64,000 bases of DNA from Candidatus Bathyarchaeota archaeon (GTDB taxonomy: Archaea > Thermoproteota > Bathyarchaeia > TCS64), in assembly GCA_043826455.1 (NCBI GenBank), contig JBDRQD010000048.1, forward strand, positions 192,001 to 256,000. The letters run 5' to 3'. The translations under genes and the position numbers were made by a program. Positions 47,531 through 57,927 of the stretch are shown piece by piece. Positions within the stretch are counted from its first letter, which is position 1; each line of letters starts with the position of its first letter. The notes under the pieces are model-generated. The model saw nothing but the letters and a program-made list of their open reading frames with translations. It made no database searches and was not told where the DNA came from.

Positions 47531-47812
47531 TCAAACGCCTTCGCCTGCGAGGTACCTGCAGTACTCGTAGTCGATGGGGCCCTCCTTCGTGGTCTCGCAG
47601 GGAAACTCGGGGCACTCAAAACACAGCTCAACCCCCTTACCGTGCGCACAGGTAGCCACCTTGCAGAAGGGGGTGTCCCTGGGCCTGCACCCGCCCTCCC
47701 CGCTGGGGCAGATACCCCTCCGCATGCGAGGGCACCTCCCACACGCTATTCCGCAGACGCCCACCCTCATCTTTGAGTCACCACCAAACGCCCTGATCTC
47801 AACATCACCCAC
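47531..47812 (-). CDS. DUF3795-like Cys-rich protein
   Basis: CGIACGRCP..C..C..CFECPEFPC. Confidence 0.7.
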   Translation of the reverse strand: MGDVEIRAFGGDSKMRVGVCGIACGRCPRMRRGICPSGEGGCRPRDTPFCKVATCAHGKGVELCFECPEFPCETTKEGPIDYEYCRYLAGEGV

Positions 47813-47824
47813 ATCTTGTCACCG

Positions 47825-48628
47825 TCAACTGTCATCAAGACCCAAGTCCACCAGCTCCAACCTCTCAGCGTCTTTGAGGAAGTGCTGGAAGAGCTCATCG
47901 CCCCACTCGATGGCTCTCCGGCTGTTGGACACCAGGTCCCTGCTGTAGTCGTACTCCCCGTTTAAGCTGAAGAAGCCCATGGAGAAGCTGTTCTCCGTCA
48001 CGGTCAAGGCGACCCTCAGCTCGTCAGCCACGAATATCCTCAGCCTATCCTTCTCAATGTAATTGAGTATCTGCCGGGTGTCCGCCAAGGTCAGAGTCTT
48101 ATCGAGGACGCCACGCGAGAGAATGAGGTCCACCGTCGCCCCTTCGCTGAGCAGCAGCTGGAAAGCCCCGATGAAATCCGAGTGGAAGATGGGGGACACC
48201 CCCCGCACCCTCCTCGAGGATAAGAGAAGCTGCTTAAAGGTGATGTGAACCCTATCCAGCTCCGTGGAGTCGTCCTGGATCATGGTCGAGTCCCGGAGGG
48301 CCCCAATCCTCCGCAGGAGGTGGCTCGGTATGGCCGTGATGTCGTGCCTGAGCCAGAAGTCCCTAAACTTTTCAAGCACTTCCACGGTTGAGGAGGCCTC
48401 CTCAATGAGATGGGCCTCGATGACTCCGAGCGGCGTCAGCCTATAATGTCTCCCAGCCTGCTCAGTCAGTTTCAATGTCTCTAGGTCCGTGAGGGCGTGT
48501 ATGATGGTGGACCCGCTGCTGCCCAGCTCCTCTCTGAGGGTGCTCAGTTTCTTTTCACCTCGTAGGAGACTCGTAAGTATGTCCAGCTTGAGCTGGGACC
48601 TGAAGAGCTGAATGTATGGGGAGATCAT
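47825..48628 (-). CDS. Winged-helix transcriptional regulator with DUF1724 domain
   Basis: N-terminal wHTH (..YRLTPLG), FWLRHDITAIP, G.YD..DL.S..AIEWG.ELF. Confidence 0.8.
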   Translation of the reverse strand: MISPYIQLFRSQLKLDILTSLLRGEKKLSTLREELGSSGSTIIHALTDLETLKLTEQAGRHYRLTPLGVIEAHLIEEASSTVEVLEKFRDFWLRHDITAIPSHLLRRIGALRDSTMIQDDSTELDRVHITFKQLLLSSRRVRGVSPIFHSDFIGAFQLLLSEGATVDLILSRGVLDKTLTLADTRQILNYIEKDRLRIFVADELRVALTVTENSFSMGFFSLNGEYDYSRDLVSNSRRAIEWGDELFQHFLKDAERLELVDLGLDDS

Positions 48629-48728
48629 GGCTGATGCCTCAGTAGGTTGTTCGATCTAAGCAATATTTAATGGCTTTCTGGGCCTCCAGAGCCTAAGCGC
48701 TATGAATACAGACTAAAGGCATGGTGGA

Positions 48729-49610
48729 TTACAGCAGCCTCATGAGAGCTACCAGAGGCATCCACTCCCCGTCCACCGCCAACTCCACAAGGAGCCTCTT
48801 ATGTCCCTTCCTCGAGAAGACCCAGATGATCAGGTATCCGTAGACCAAGCCGAAGAACAGGGCCGGCATGTACTCCAGGAACAGCCCTTGCGCCAGGCAG
48901 TAGACCAGCCACGGCAACATGAGGCTGTTCACCATCAACAGGAGGCTCCGCGTCCTGCTCATCCCCAGGACTATGGGAAGGGTCCTCACACCTGAAGCCA
49001 TGTCCCCCTCCACGTCACAGACATCGCACAGGACCGTGTTCACCAGGAGCTGGATGGATATGTACGCGAACGTCAACGCTATCTTCAGGGGGTCCACCGG
49101 CTGGGCGCTGGCCGGCAGGAGCGCCCCCGTGAACCCCCAGCTGAGGGCCACCAGGACGCTTTTCACGCCCACAATCTCCTTTAGCCTGGGGATCGAGGGC
49201 AGCAGCTTGACGCTGTAGGCTACGGATGCGATGAACGAGGTTAGAACCACTAAGAAGGCGTAGGCGCCGATCATGGCGCTCAATAAGAAGCACAGCACCA
49301 TTGCAGTGATTGACGGTAATAGGTAGAAGCTTGCCCCCCGCGAGGCCGTCTCGGGTCTGTTTATGAAGTCCTCGGCCCTGTCCGTGGCCCTGTTCATGTT
49401 GTAGACGGAGTAAGTCGCGAAAAAAGCTATCAGCAGTATCACGGGTTTAACCTCGACCCCATACAGCAGGGAGCTGAACGCCGCGACCATCTGCGCGTTC
49501 ACGGCGAGAAACACTGAGGTTGATGTAACCATTCTGAGGAGGTCCAGCAACACCTCCCGCGCCTTAGCTGGGTACGGGTTGACAGGCTTTTCACCCACTA
49601 AAAGCGCCAT
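48729..49610 (-). CDS. UbiA-family prenyltransferase
   Basis: NRATDRAEDFINRP, DVCDVEGD..SGVRTLP; multi-TM. Confidence 0.85.
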   Translation of the reverse strand: MALLVGEKPVNPYPAKAREVLLDLLRMVTSTSVFLAVNAQMVAAFSSLLYGVEVKPVILLIAFFATYSVYNMNRATDRAEDFINRPETASRGASFYLLPSITAMVLCFLLSAMIGAYAFLVVLTSFIASVAYSVKLLPSIPRLKEIVGVKSVLVALSWGFTGALLPASAQPVDPLKIALTFAYISIQLLVNTVLCDVCDVEGDMASGVRTLPIVLGMSRTRSLLLMVNSLMLPWLVYCLAQGLFLEYMPALFFGLVYGYLIIWVFSRKGHKRLLVELAVDGEWMPLVALMRLL

Positions 49611-50120
49611 GTCCGCTGCAGCCCCGGTTCCAAGTCCTGGGAATCTTTAAAGAGGTTTGAGGAGCCTGAGTCTGAAAGGCTAATCTCTAGGCTACCTACG
49701 AAAATCGTTGGTGGCTAGACCAGCGGGAGCAACAAATAGGAGGGTTCGTTGTTCAAATCTCATCGGTTTTTCCTGATCCTGCTCACCTTTTTTACAGATT
49801 CATGTAAAGTCATAATTCGCTGACCCAGCATAATGACGTATTGTGTGGAGGTTACCCCACTCTTATGTGGTGAGGTTTAAATATGTAGAGTGACTTAACA
49901 TAATTTACAGCCCCTTTCTATCCTCTTATGAGTAATTTGTTTCTGTCGTATAGAAACATTATCATTTTATAACAATATTGCTTTAGTAGGACAATTAATT
50001 TATTATCAATAGTTATATATAATGGAGATATTCTATACTCAATTAATATATCTATAACCATCAATCAATTATGGGCGGATATTTGGGGGAGAGAGCTGAA
50101 CAGGGGGAGTAGAGGCAGTA

Positions 50121-50531
50121 GTGAGCAAAGAGAAACCGATCCGGGTTCTCCACGTGGACGACGAGGAGGACCAGCTCAGGTTCACCAAGATGTTTCTGGA
50201 GGAGCTGGACCGGAGGGTCACTGTGGACTCCGTGTCCGACCCGGAGGAGGCCATACGGCTCCAGGGCATGAACAGCTACGACGTGGTCGTCAGCGACTAC
50301 ATGATGGTGAATATGACGGGCGTCGACCTGTTCCAGAGAGTGAGGGAGCGGAGCGACGTCCCCTTCATCCTGTACACGGGCAAGGGCAGCGAGGAGGTGG
50401 CCGAGTCCGCGTCCAGGGCGGGGATGGACGGCTACATGAAGAAGGAGGCCGAGCCCAGCCACTACCAGGCCCTCTCCAGGCGCATACGGCAGGTTGTCGA
50501 GAAGCGCAGGATGAGGTTGCAGGTTTGCTGA
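50121..50531 (+). CDS. Stand-alone response regulator receiver
   Basis: VLHVDDE, VVSDY, FILYTGKG, GYMKK. Confidence 0.88.
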   Translation: MSKEKPIRVLHVDDEEDQLRFTKMFLEELDRRVTVDSVSDPEEAIRLQGMNSYDVVVSDYMMVNMTGVDLFQRVRERSDVPFILYTGKGSEEVAESASRAGMDGYMKKEAEPSHYQALSRRIRQVVEKRRMRLQVC

Positions 50532-50600
50532 AGGACCAAACCACATCATTTAGCTAAATGCAACTCGAAAAAATATCACATTCTTCCATGCAGTTGTCAG

Positions 50601-50637
50601 AAGATAGTTGGTGTGCTGGCCTGGCCCATCCTCAGTT
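50601..50637 (-). repeat. Degenerate copy of the RNase P RNA 3' end
   Basis: 31/38 aligned positions match 51512-51548 (hand alignment), including a 13-bp exact core TGGTGTGCTGGCC. Confidence 0.65.
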
Positions 50638-50703
50638 CCATAAATCGCGCAGCACGTAACCGATAACCTCTTTCAATCAGATACAGATAAGCAACTAGGG
50701 TGA

Positions 50704-51477
50704 TTGTTGGTGGACTTGTTCAGCCTAAAAAATAAGGTGGCAATCGTCACCGGAGGAAACGGGGGCATCGGATATGGAATAGCATGTGGCTTAGCCAGCG
50801 TAGGAGGAAGCATAGTCATAGCTGCTCGTAACCCATCAAAGACGGCGAAGGTGGCGGAACACATCAGAAACGAGTACGGAGCCAAGGTTCTAGAACTCGG
50901 CGTCGACGTGAGCCAAGAGAACCAGATCACATCAATGGTGGAGAAGACTCTAGACTGTTTCGGTCGGATCGATGTACTGGTTAACAACGCGGGCATTAAC
51001 ATCCGGAAGATGCCCCAGGACCTGACCTCCGCTGAGTATGATGAGGTACTGGAGGTGAACCTGCGGAGCGCCTTTCTGTGCTCGAAGGCAGTCTACCCGG
51101 CCATGAAAGAAGTCGGGAGTGGAAAGATCATCAACATAGGGTCAATGACGTCCCTGTTCGGCGGAGGCAAGCTGATGGCCTACGGGACCAGCAAGGGAGG
51201 GATAGTGGCCATGACCCGGGCACTGGCGGTTGCGTGGGCGACGGACAATATTCAAGTCAATGCCATACTGCCTGGCTGGATTGACACAGATCTAACGAGA
51301 AGGGCGCGCGTAGAGTTGGAGGGGCTGAATGAGAGAGTTTTATCCAGGACGCCCGTTGGGAGGTGGGGGCAACCTGAAGACTTGCAGGGTTCAGCCATCT
51401 ACCTTGCGACGGCCGCGTCCAACTTTGTGACCGGAGTGGCTCTTCCAGTCGACGGCGGCTACTCTGTGAGCATATGA
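50704..51477 (+). CDS. SDR oxidoreductase (KduD/gluconate 5-dehydrogenase-like)
   Basis: TGGNGGIG, NNAG, YGTSK, PVDGG. Confidence 0.9.
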   Translation: MLVDLFSLKNKVAIVTGGNGGIGYGIACGLASVGGSIVIAARNPSKTAKVAEHIRNEYGAKVLELGVDVSQENQITSMVEKTLDCFGRIDVLVNNAGINIRKMPQDLTSAEYDEVLEVNLRSAFLCSKAVYPAMKEVGSGKIINIGSMTSLFGGGKLMAYGTSKGGIVAMTRALAVAWATDNIQVNAILPGWIDTDLTRRARVELEGLNERVLSRTPVGRWGQPEDLQGSAIYLATAASNFVTGVALPVDGGYSVSI

Positions 51478-51519
51478 TACCAACTCTAGCTTCTACATCA
51501 TATTATTTGAAAAGGTAGT

Positions 51520-51807
51520 GGTGTGCTGGCCGTAACCCATCTTCTGTTGACGGCGGCATTCAGCTATGCGGGCTACCCGCGCCCCCTGCAGGAGGGTATC
51601 GGCGCCTATTCGCCCTTGCACCCTGCGGGTCGGTCGTCTCACCCAGGCCCGTAGCGTCCTCGTCCTCCTAGGAGTCACGGCGTGCCACGGGAGGTATCGT
51701 TTCTGTCCGTTGCCAGGGGTCTCCCCCTACGCCTCGCGGCGTCACAGCCCTGCTCGGTGGATGGAGTTTCCTCAGCCTCTCGGCCGGCGGCCGCCCACCA
51801 GCTCACC
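51520..51807 (-). ncRNA. rnpB: Archaeal RNase P RNA
   Basis: Minus strand reads GAGGAAACTCC (CR-I), ACAGAAA, AACAGAAGATGGGTTA (CR-V); 5' GGTGAGCTGG pairs with 3' CCAGCACACC (P1). Confidence 0.92.
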
Positions 51808-52299
51808 TTGACAGTAGGAGCAGTTGGACTGAATAAATGTTCTGGAAACTGGCTAAGTTACCGGAGTAATGACTCCCCCCACCGGCGCCTTCATTACAAC
51901 CATGTTATCCTTGGGCACCCGTCTTCTATTCGCGGTGACATTGGTCTCTGGCTCACCGCCGCCATACAACCCAGGAAACAGAAGTTTATTCACAGACGAC
52001 ACATGGTGAGTAATCTCACTAAAGAAAAAGTTAGGAACAAAAGATGGAAAATTTTCTCCGCCTTATCCCAGCCGGCACGGGATAAGCCACCCAGCTAACG
52101 ATACACCCACCACGCCACCGCCGGACACCCAGTGAGGGGGGAGGGGGGTAGAGCAAGATAGACCGGAAACGGGCGCCCCACGCCAAAAGGAGCCACAGAA
52201 CCGGTCCGACGCCGCATGAATCTATGCAAAAACGCTGTCCATACCATACAAAAACACGGCACATTCATCACATCAAGCACAGGGCAACGATGGTTGATA

Positions 52300-52322
52300 T
52301 GCAAAAAAGGTAGGGGGGTATC
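52300..52322 (+). repeat. 23-bp dispersed repeat TGCAAAAAAGGTAGGGGGGTATC
   Basis: Exact inverted copy at 63908-63930. Confidence 0.85.
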
Positions 52323-52435
52323 AATTAATGGAGAATATTTTCATTATTAGACGGGATACCCTCCTTCAGCCACGTAACAGCCGGGGCCTCCGATACTTTC
52401 ACAGCCTCTATATCCTCCCAGTGCACAGTTAAACC

Positions 52436-53179
52436 ATGACGCGTGTTCTTCTTGTGGGCGAGAGCTGGGTCAGCATCTCCACACACATCAAAGGCTTCAA
52501 CCACTTCGTCAGCGGCACCTACGAGACCGGCCTCAAATGGTTCAAGGAGGCCATGAACCTGGAGGGCGTGGAGTTTACCCACATGCCGTCCCACCTGGCC
52601 GCCAACGAGTTCCCCTTCGACCCAGCGGACCTGCAATACGATTGCATCATCCTCAGCGACGTGGGCGCAGACACGTTCCTGCTGCACCCCCGGACCTGGC
52701 TCCACGGGGAGAGGACCCCCAACCGATTGAGGGTCATCCAGGAGTACGTCAGACGCGGCGGCGGCCTCATAATGGCGGGCGGCTACATGAGCTACCAGGG
52801 CATCAACGGCGCCGCCATGTACCAGAGAAGCCCCCTGGCCGAGGCTCTGCCTGTGGAGATGATGGCCACCGACGACAGGTGCGAGCGCCCCGAGGGAGTG
52901 GAGCCTAAGATCATAGCTCAGCACCCGGTGGTTGAAGGGCTGCCCCAGCGCTGGCCCCACCTACTGGGCTACAACCTGGTCAAAGCGAAGAAAGGCTCAC
53001 AGGTAGTTGCCAAGGTGGACAGGGACCCGCTCCTGGTCGTGGGCGAGTACGGCGGGGGACGCGCGATAGCCTTCACCACCGACATAGGCCCCCACTGGTG
53101 CCCCCTGGAGTTCGCCGAGTGGGACGGGTACCGGAGGCTCTGGAGCGGCATGGTGAGGTGGGCAGCAAGCGAGACGTAA
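52436..53179 (+). CDS. Class I glutamine amidotransferase-like protein (DUF1355 type)
   Basis: VLLVGESW, IILSDVGA, GGGLIMAGGYMSYQG, DIGPHW. Confidence 0.85.
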   Translation: MTRVLLVGESWVSISTHIKGFNHFVSGTYETGLKWFKEAMNLEGVEFTHMPSHLAANEFPFDPADLQYDCIILSDVGADTFLLHPRTWLHGERTPNRLRVIQEYVRRGGGLIMAGGYMSYQGINGAAMYQRSPLAEALPVEMMATDDRCERPEGVEPKIIAQHPVVEGLPQRWPHLLGYNLVKAKKGSQVVAKVDRDPLLVVGEYGGGRAIAFTTDIGPHWCPLEFAEWDGYRRLWSGMVRWAASET

Positions 53180-53238
53180 GCTTCTCGCCCCTTCTAGACC
53201 TTTATATCCATAAAATGTACCCATCAGTGAGGGATGAG

Positions 53239-54666
53239 ATGAACCCCAACGTCCTGAGCCAGCGGTACGCCACCCCCGAGATGAACAGGCTGTTCAGCGA
53301 GGAGGGCAAGACGGTCATGGAGCGGGAGCTATGGATCAGCGTCCTCAGGGCCCAGAAGAAGCTAGGCCTGACCCTCCCCGACGGCGTCATAGAGGCCTAC
53401 GAGAAGGCGAAGGAGGACGTGAACCTTGGCCTCATCGAGGAGATCGAGCGGCGGACCAAGCACGATGTCAAAGCCAAGATCGAGGCCTTCGTCCAGGCGG
53501 CGGGGGGCCACGAGTACCTCCACATGGGGATGACCAGCCGCGACCTCACCGACAACGTGGAGCAGCTCCAGATCAAACGGGCCATGAAGCTGATCCATGG
53601 CAAGTACGTGTCCGTCCTCCGCCACATGCTGGACAGGGCCGAGATGTACAGGAGCGTGGTACTCACGGGGCGCACTCACCACCAGGCCGCCCAGCCCACC
53701 CTCCTGGGCCGTAGGTTCAGCATGTGGGCCGAGGAGCTCCTGCTTCACCTGAACGAGTTCGAGGCCTTCATCGACGCCTACCCGCTCCGCGGCATCAAGG
53801 GCGCCCTTGGCACCCAGTTCGACATGGTCACCCTCCTGGGCAGCGGCGAGAAGGCTGGGAGACTGGAGGCGCTGGTAGCCGCCGAGTTGGGCTTCAGGGA
53901 GACCCTGGACAGCACAGCCCAGGTCTACCCCAGGAGCCTGGACTTCAAGGCGGTGAGCCACCTGGCGGCCCTGGCCTCGGCCTGCGAGAGCTTCGCCAAG
54001 ACCATGAGGCTCATGGCCGGCTACGACCTGGTGACGGAGGGCTTCGCGGAGGGCCAGGTGGGGAGCAGCGTCATGCCCCACAAGATGAACACCCGCAGCA
54101 GCGAACGCATATGCGCCTTCGCTGAGCTCCTGAAGATGTACGCCGACGGAGCCTCAAGGCTGGCAGGCGACCAGTGGGAGGAGGGAGACGTCTCGTGCAG
54201 CGCTCTCCGTAGGGTCGTCATCCCCGACGCCTTCTACGCCTCGGACGGCCTCGTCGAGACCACCCTGACGGTGCTCAACCAGATGGGCGCCTACCCCGCC
54301 GTCATAGGCAAAGAGGTGGACAGGTACCTGCCATTCCTTGCCACCACCGAGATACTGAGCCTAGCCTTGAAGCACGGCGTCGGCCGCGAGAAGGCTCACG
54401 CGGCCATAAAGAAGCACGCGGTGGGGGAGGCCCTCCGAATGAGGAAGACCGGCTCAGCGGAGAACAGGCTCATCAGGCTCCTCACAGGGGACCCCGCGTT
54501 CAAGGAGGCCGGCGTCACCGAGGCCATGCTCGGCGAGGTGCTCAGAGACAAGGCCCACTTCCTGGGCAACGCCGAGAAGCAGATAGACGCCGTCAAGTCG
54601 AAGGCCAACCAGGTTCTCGGGAAGTACTCCCGGGAAGCCGCCTACGAGCCCAGGGAGATACTGTAA
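53239..54666 (+). CDS. purB: Adenylosuccinate lyase
   Basis: TKHDVKA, HMGMTSRD, GRTH, GSSVMPHKMN signature. Confidence 0.92.
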   Translation: MNPNVLSQRYATPEMNRLFSEEGKTVMERELWISVLRAQKKLGLTLPDGVIEAYEKAKEDVNLGLIEEIERRTKHDVKAKIEAFVQAAGGHEYLHMGMTSRDLTDNVEQLQIKRAMKLIHGKYVSVLRHMLDRAEMYRSVVLTGRTHHQAAQPTLLGRRFSMWAEELLLHLNEFEAFIDAYPLRGIKGALGTQFDMVTLLGSGEKAGRLEALVAAELGFRETLDSTAQVYPRSLDFKAVSHLAALASACESFAKTMRLMAGYDLVTEGFAEGQVGSSVMPHKMNTRSSERICAFAELLKMYADGASRLAGDQWEEGDVSCSALRRVVIPDAFYASDGLVETTLTVLNQMGAYPAVIGKEVDRYLPFLATTEILSLALKHGVGREKAHAAIKKHAVGEALRMRKTGSAENRLIRLLTGDPAFKEAGVTEAMLGEVLRDKAHFLGNAEKQIDAVKSKANQVLGKYSREAAYEPREIL

Positions 54667-54714
54667 GCCAAGCCTCATGGCAACCTCTAAATCCGGTGCG
54701 GCAGCCATGGATTC

Positions 54715-55752
54715 ATGGCCTCCGAAGTAAAGGTCCTCATCACGTTTCACCTCGCCCCCGACCTCCTCGAGAGAGTGGAACAGCTGCCCGGCGTCCAGGT
54801 CCTGTACGATCCCAGTCTGCTGGGGAAGCCCAGGTACATGAACGACCAGCACGGCGGACCCATCCAGCGTACCCCAGAGCAGGAGGCCAGGCTCAGGGAG
54901 ATGATGAGCCAGGCCGAGGTGCTGTTCGGCTACGTCCCAGAGGAGTACCAGCCGGAGATAAGGCGCTACTTGCCCCTGCTCAGGTGGATGCAGTCAGCCA
55001 GCGCGGGCATAGGGTGGAGAGCCAAGACCATGGGCTGGACGGAGACCAACATCATGTTCACGTCCTCCAGCGGCATCCACTCCACGCCCCTGGCCGAGTT
55101 CTGCCTCATGGCCATGCTCATGTACGTCAAAGACTACTTCTACATGGCTGATGAGAAGGCGAGGAGACACTGGCAGCGGACCTGCACCACGGAGCTGAGG
55201 GGCAAGACCCTCGCGGTGGTAGGCCTCGGCAGAGTAGGGACCGAGGTGGCCCGCCTCGCCCGGTGCTTCGGGGTCCGCGTCATTGGCACCAAGAGGCACG
55301 TCGAGGGCGCTGACCCTGAGAGGCTGCACGTGGACGCCCTCTACCCCTGGACCGGCCTCAGAGATATGCTGGGGGAAGCCGACTACGTGGTCCTCATATG
55401 CCCGGAGACGGAGGAGACCCGCGGCCTCATGGGGCGAGGGGAGCTGGCGGCCATGAAGAGGGGCGCCGTCCTCATCAACATAGCCAGGGGCAGCGTCGTG
55501 GACGAGGAGGCCCTCATCGAGGCCCTCAGGTCAGGGCACCTGGGAGGAGCGGCCCTGGACGTGGCCCAGACGGAGCCCCTGCCCCCGGATAGCCCTCTCT
55601 GGGACCTGCCCAGGGTCATCATAAGCCCCCACTCGGCCAGCACCGCCGACACCGAGAACGCCAAGCTCACCCAGATGTTCTGCGACAACTACATTAGATA
55701 CGTGGCTGGGGAGCCCCTGAGGAACCTTCTGGACAAGAGGCTACTCTACTAG
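54715..55752 (+). CDS. D-2-hydroxyacid dehydrogenase
   Basis: VGLGRVG, INIARG, LDV..EP, SPH. Confidence 0.9.
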   Translation: MASEVKVLITFHLAPDLLERVEQLPGVQVLYDPSLLGKPRYMNDQHGGPIQRTPEQEARLREMMSQAEVLFGYVPEEYQPEIRRYLPLLRWMQSASAGIGWRAKTMGWTETNIMFTSSSGIHSTPLAEFCLMAMLMYVKDYFYMADEKARRHWQRTCTTELRGKTLAVVGLGRVGTEVARLARCFGVRVIGTKRHVEGADPERLHVDALYPWTGLRDMLGEADYVVLICPETEETRGLMGRGELAAMKRGAVLINIARGSVVDEEALIEALRSGHLGGAALDVAQTEPLPPDSPLWDLPRVIISPHSASTADTENAKLTQMFCDNYIRYVAGEPLRNLLDKRLLY

Positions 55753-55801
55753 GGCCGCAGACGCGACCCCTGCTACCTGTGAAGGGTGCCTCCCCCGCCC
55801 C

Positions 55802-56485
55802 TCACTGGGACGAGCTCCTCAGGTACAGTATGAGGGCTGTGGCTACCCCTAGGACCACCACCACCCCTATCACCACGTGAGGCACGGGCAGGCTCCCCAG
55901 GGGCCCACCCAGGGCGGCCCCTATGTAGGGAACCGCCAGGTATATGGCGGCTGTGAGCACGGCCGTGGCCGTCACCAACATTATCAGGTACCCCATCTGG
56001 CCCCCCGAAACCTGGTCTATGTCATCGGGGACCGCGCCCCTGCTGAGGAGCTCCTGCCTCATCTCCCTGAACCGGACGCTGTGGCGGAGGGTGAGGTACG
56101 CCACCTGTAGTAGGAGGCCCACCGTGAACACCCAGAGGGCCGTCACCTTAGTGACGGGGGGCAGATCCAGTATGAGGCCCACCCAGTTGAAGGTGCTGAA
56201 GTCCAGGACCGAGGGGAAGAACATGAGCATGTTGAGCATGAATATGCGTCCGAACCAGTCCGCGTCGCCCCGCCTCCAGAAGGCGATGATGGCTAGGAGG
56301 GCCAGGAGTATGGTGACCAGGTCCATGTAGGCTATGTAGTCGCCTACGAGATACCCGATGAAGCTGTCCTGGACCATGGCCACGATCTTAGCGTAGAGGG
56401 CGGTCTGGACCATGGTGACGGCGGCCATGTAGCAGGCCGCTAGGCTGACCCCCAGCTCCATGGACCTTATGACGTTCTCCTTCAT
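55802..56485 (-). CDS. Membrane protein (MoxR operon)
   Basis: About 6 TM; ATGA overlap with the DUF58 gene. Confidence 0.7.
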   Translation of the reverse strand: MKENVIRSMELGVSLAACYMAAVTMVQTALYAKIVAMVQDSFIGYLVGDYIAYMDLVTILLALLAIIAFWRRGDADWFGRIFMLNMLMFFPSVLDFSTFNWVGLILDLPPVTKVTALWVFTVGLLLQVAYLTLRHSVRFREMRQELLSRGAVPDDIDQVSGGQMGYLIMLVTATAVLTAAIYLAVPYIGAALGGPLGSLPVPHVVIGVVVVLGVATALILYLRSSSQ

Positions 56486-57927
56486 CCCGCCACCCTCTGC
56501 CGTTGAAGCGCCTGGGCGAAGCTCTCCCCTATGGGGTCCCAGTTCACCACGGTGCACCCCATGCCCCGGAGCACGTCGTACACCGGCTTGTTGTGGTAGG
56601 TGAGGAAACCTGCGGCTATCTTCTCCTCCTCAGTCTGGGCCGCGACGCTGTACCCCTGGACGTTGAAGAGGATGATGTCGGGCCGGCCCACGGCCCTCAC
56701 CATGTACCTGTGGAGCTCCTTGACGCCCTCCACTATGCCCCGCGCCTTGGCGGCCTCGATCATGGTTATCACCACGAAGAGGGGCTGGGACCCCACTATG
56801 TAGCGGCGGCAGCTGTGGATGGCCTCCTTGAGGCTCTCGGTGCTGTACCTGACATCCACGTGTAGGAGCTCCCTGGTGATCCTGTACTGCTGCCGCTTGC
56901 CCACGTCCGGGAAGATGACCCGGCTGGCGGACCTGGGCTTGGCGGCTCCTACCTCGACTTCCTCCTCCACGGCCTCTATCTGGTCTATGCCCTCCAGGAC
57001 ACCTATCTCGGGGGGCTTCTCAGTCCTCCTGAAGGTGCCCTCCCACTGGAAGGCGTCGTGGTCGTAGACGCAGAAACCCACCCTGCAGTCGCGTTCCAGG
57101 TAGAAGTTGGTAAACCCAAGGGTGGCTCTGATGGCGTACTCCATAGTGTTGTTGACGGCGGTGCCCAGGGCCATGTGGACGGCGCTGTCCAGGAATATCC
57201 ACACCATCTTCTTGCCCTCCTTCTCATACTCGTTGACAAGGAAGCCCCCCGACCTGTAGCTGAGGCGCTTGGCGCTGGCCTTCCAGTTGATGTTCCTGTA
57301 GTGGTCCCCCTGCTGGTAGTCCCTGATCTCCCGGAAGTCGGTGGTGGGTATCCCGAACCTGAACCTGGCGTCCATGGGCATGGGGATCTTGGTGACGCTC
57401 TTGTGGTTCTTGATCTTCCTGACGAAGAGGGGGTGGGGCTGCACCACCACGGCCCGCTTAGCTATTATGCTGCCCAGCTGGTTGCTGCTCATGACCAGGG
57501 GGTGGCGAACCTCGTAGCTTATCTCGCCTATGTCGTAATAGCCCCGCTTGGGGCACAGGGCCATGTACCCGAACTCCACGGTCTTGGGCTTCAGGCCCTT
57601 CCAGAAGGCCTTGAAGTTGGTGCCCTCCTCCAGGGCGAAGCTCTTGGGCAGGACGTCGGCCACAGTGACCACGCCGGGGCCCCCATCCACGTTGACCACG
57701 ATCCTGTCCCCCATCTTGTCGTCCACGTTGATCTTGATGTCCTTGCCCACCCGCTCCACCGAGGTAACACTGGGCTGCCCTATGAGGACGCCCAAGGCCA
57801 GGAATATGACGGGGGCCATGCCCAGGGATATGAGGATGAGGTTGCCCAGGAACATGCCCATCACTAGGAAAGTGACGGTAGTAACCACCAGCTCTATGGT
57901 GTCCTGGGTAAGTAGCCGGGCTGTCAC
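56482..57927 (-). CDS. DUF58 (vWA-like) protein
   Basis: DFREIRDYQQGD.YRNINWKASA, VNEYEKE, IFLDS. Confidence 0.88.
   Translation of the reverse strand: MTARLLTQDTIELVVTTVTFLVMGMFLGNLILISLGMAPVIFLALGVLIGQPSVTSVERVGKDIKINVDDKMGDRIVVNVDGGPGVVTVADVLPKSFALEEGTNFKAFWKGLKPKTVEFGYMALCPKRGYYDIGEISYEVRHPLVMSSNQLGSIIAKRAVVVQPHPLFVRKIKNHKSVTKIPMPMDARFRFGIPTTDFREIRDYQQGDHYRNINWKASAKRLSYRSGGFLVNEYEKEGKKMVWIFLDSAVHMALGTAVNNTMEYAIRATLGFTNFYLERDCRVGFCVYDHDAFQWEGTFRRTEKPPEIGVLEGIDQIEAVEEEVEVGAAKPRSASRVIFPDVGKRQQYRITRELLHVDVRYSTESLKEAIHSCRRYIVGSQPLFVVITMIEAAKARGIVEGVKELHRYMVRAVGRPDIILFNVQGYSVAAQTEEEKIAAGFLTYHNKPVYDVLRGMGCTVVNWDPIGESFAQALQRQRVAG

Noticed and set aside
51566..52098. ORFs overlapping rnpB
   Set aside because: Explained by the structured GC-rich RNA gene on the minus strand
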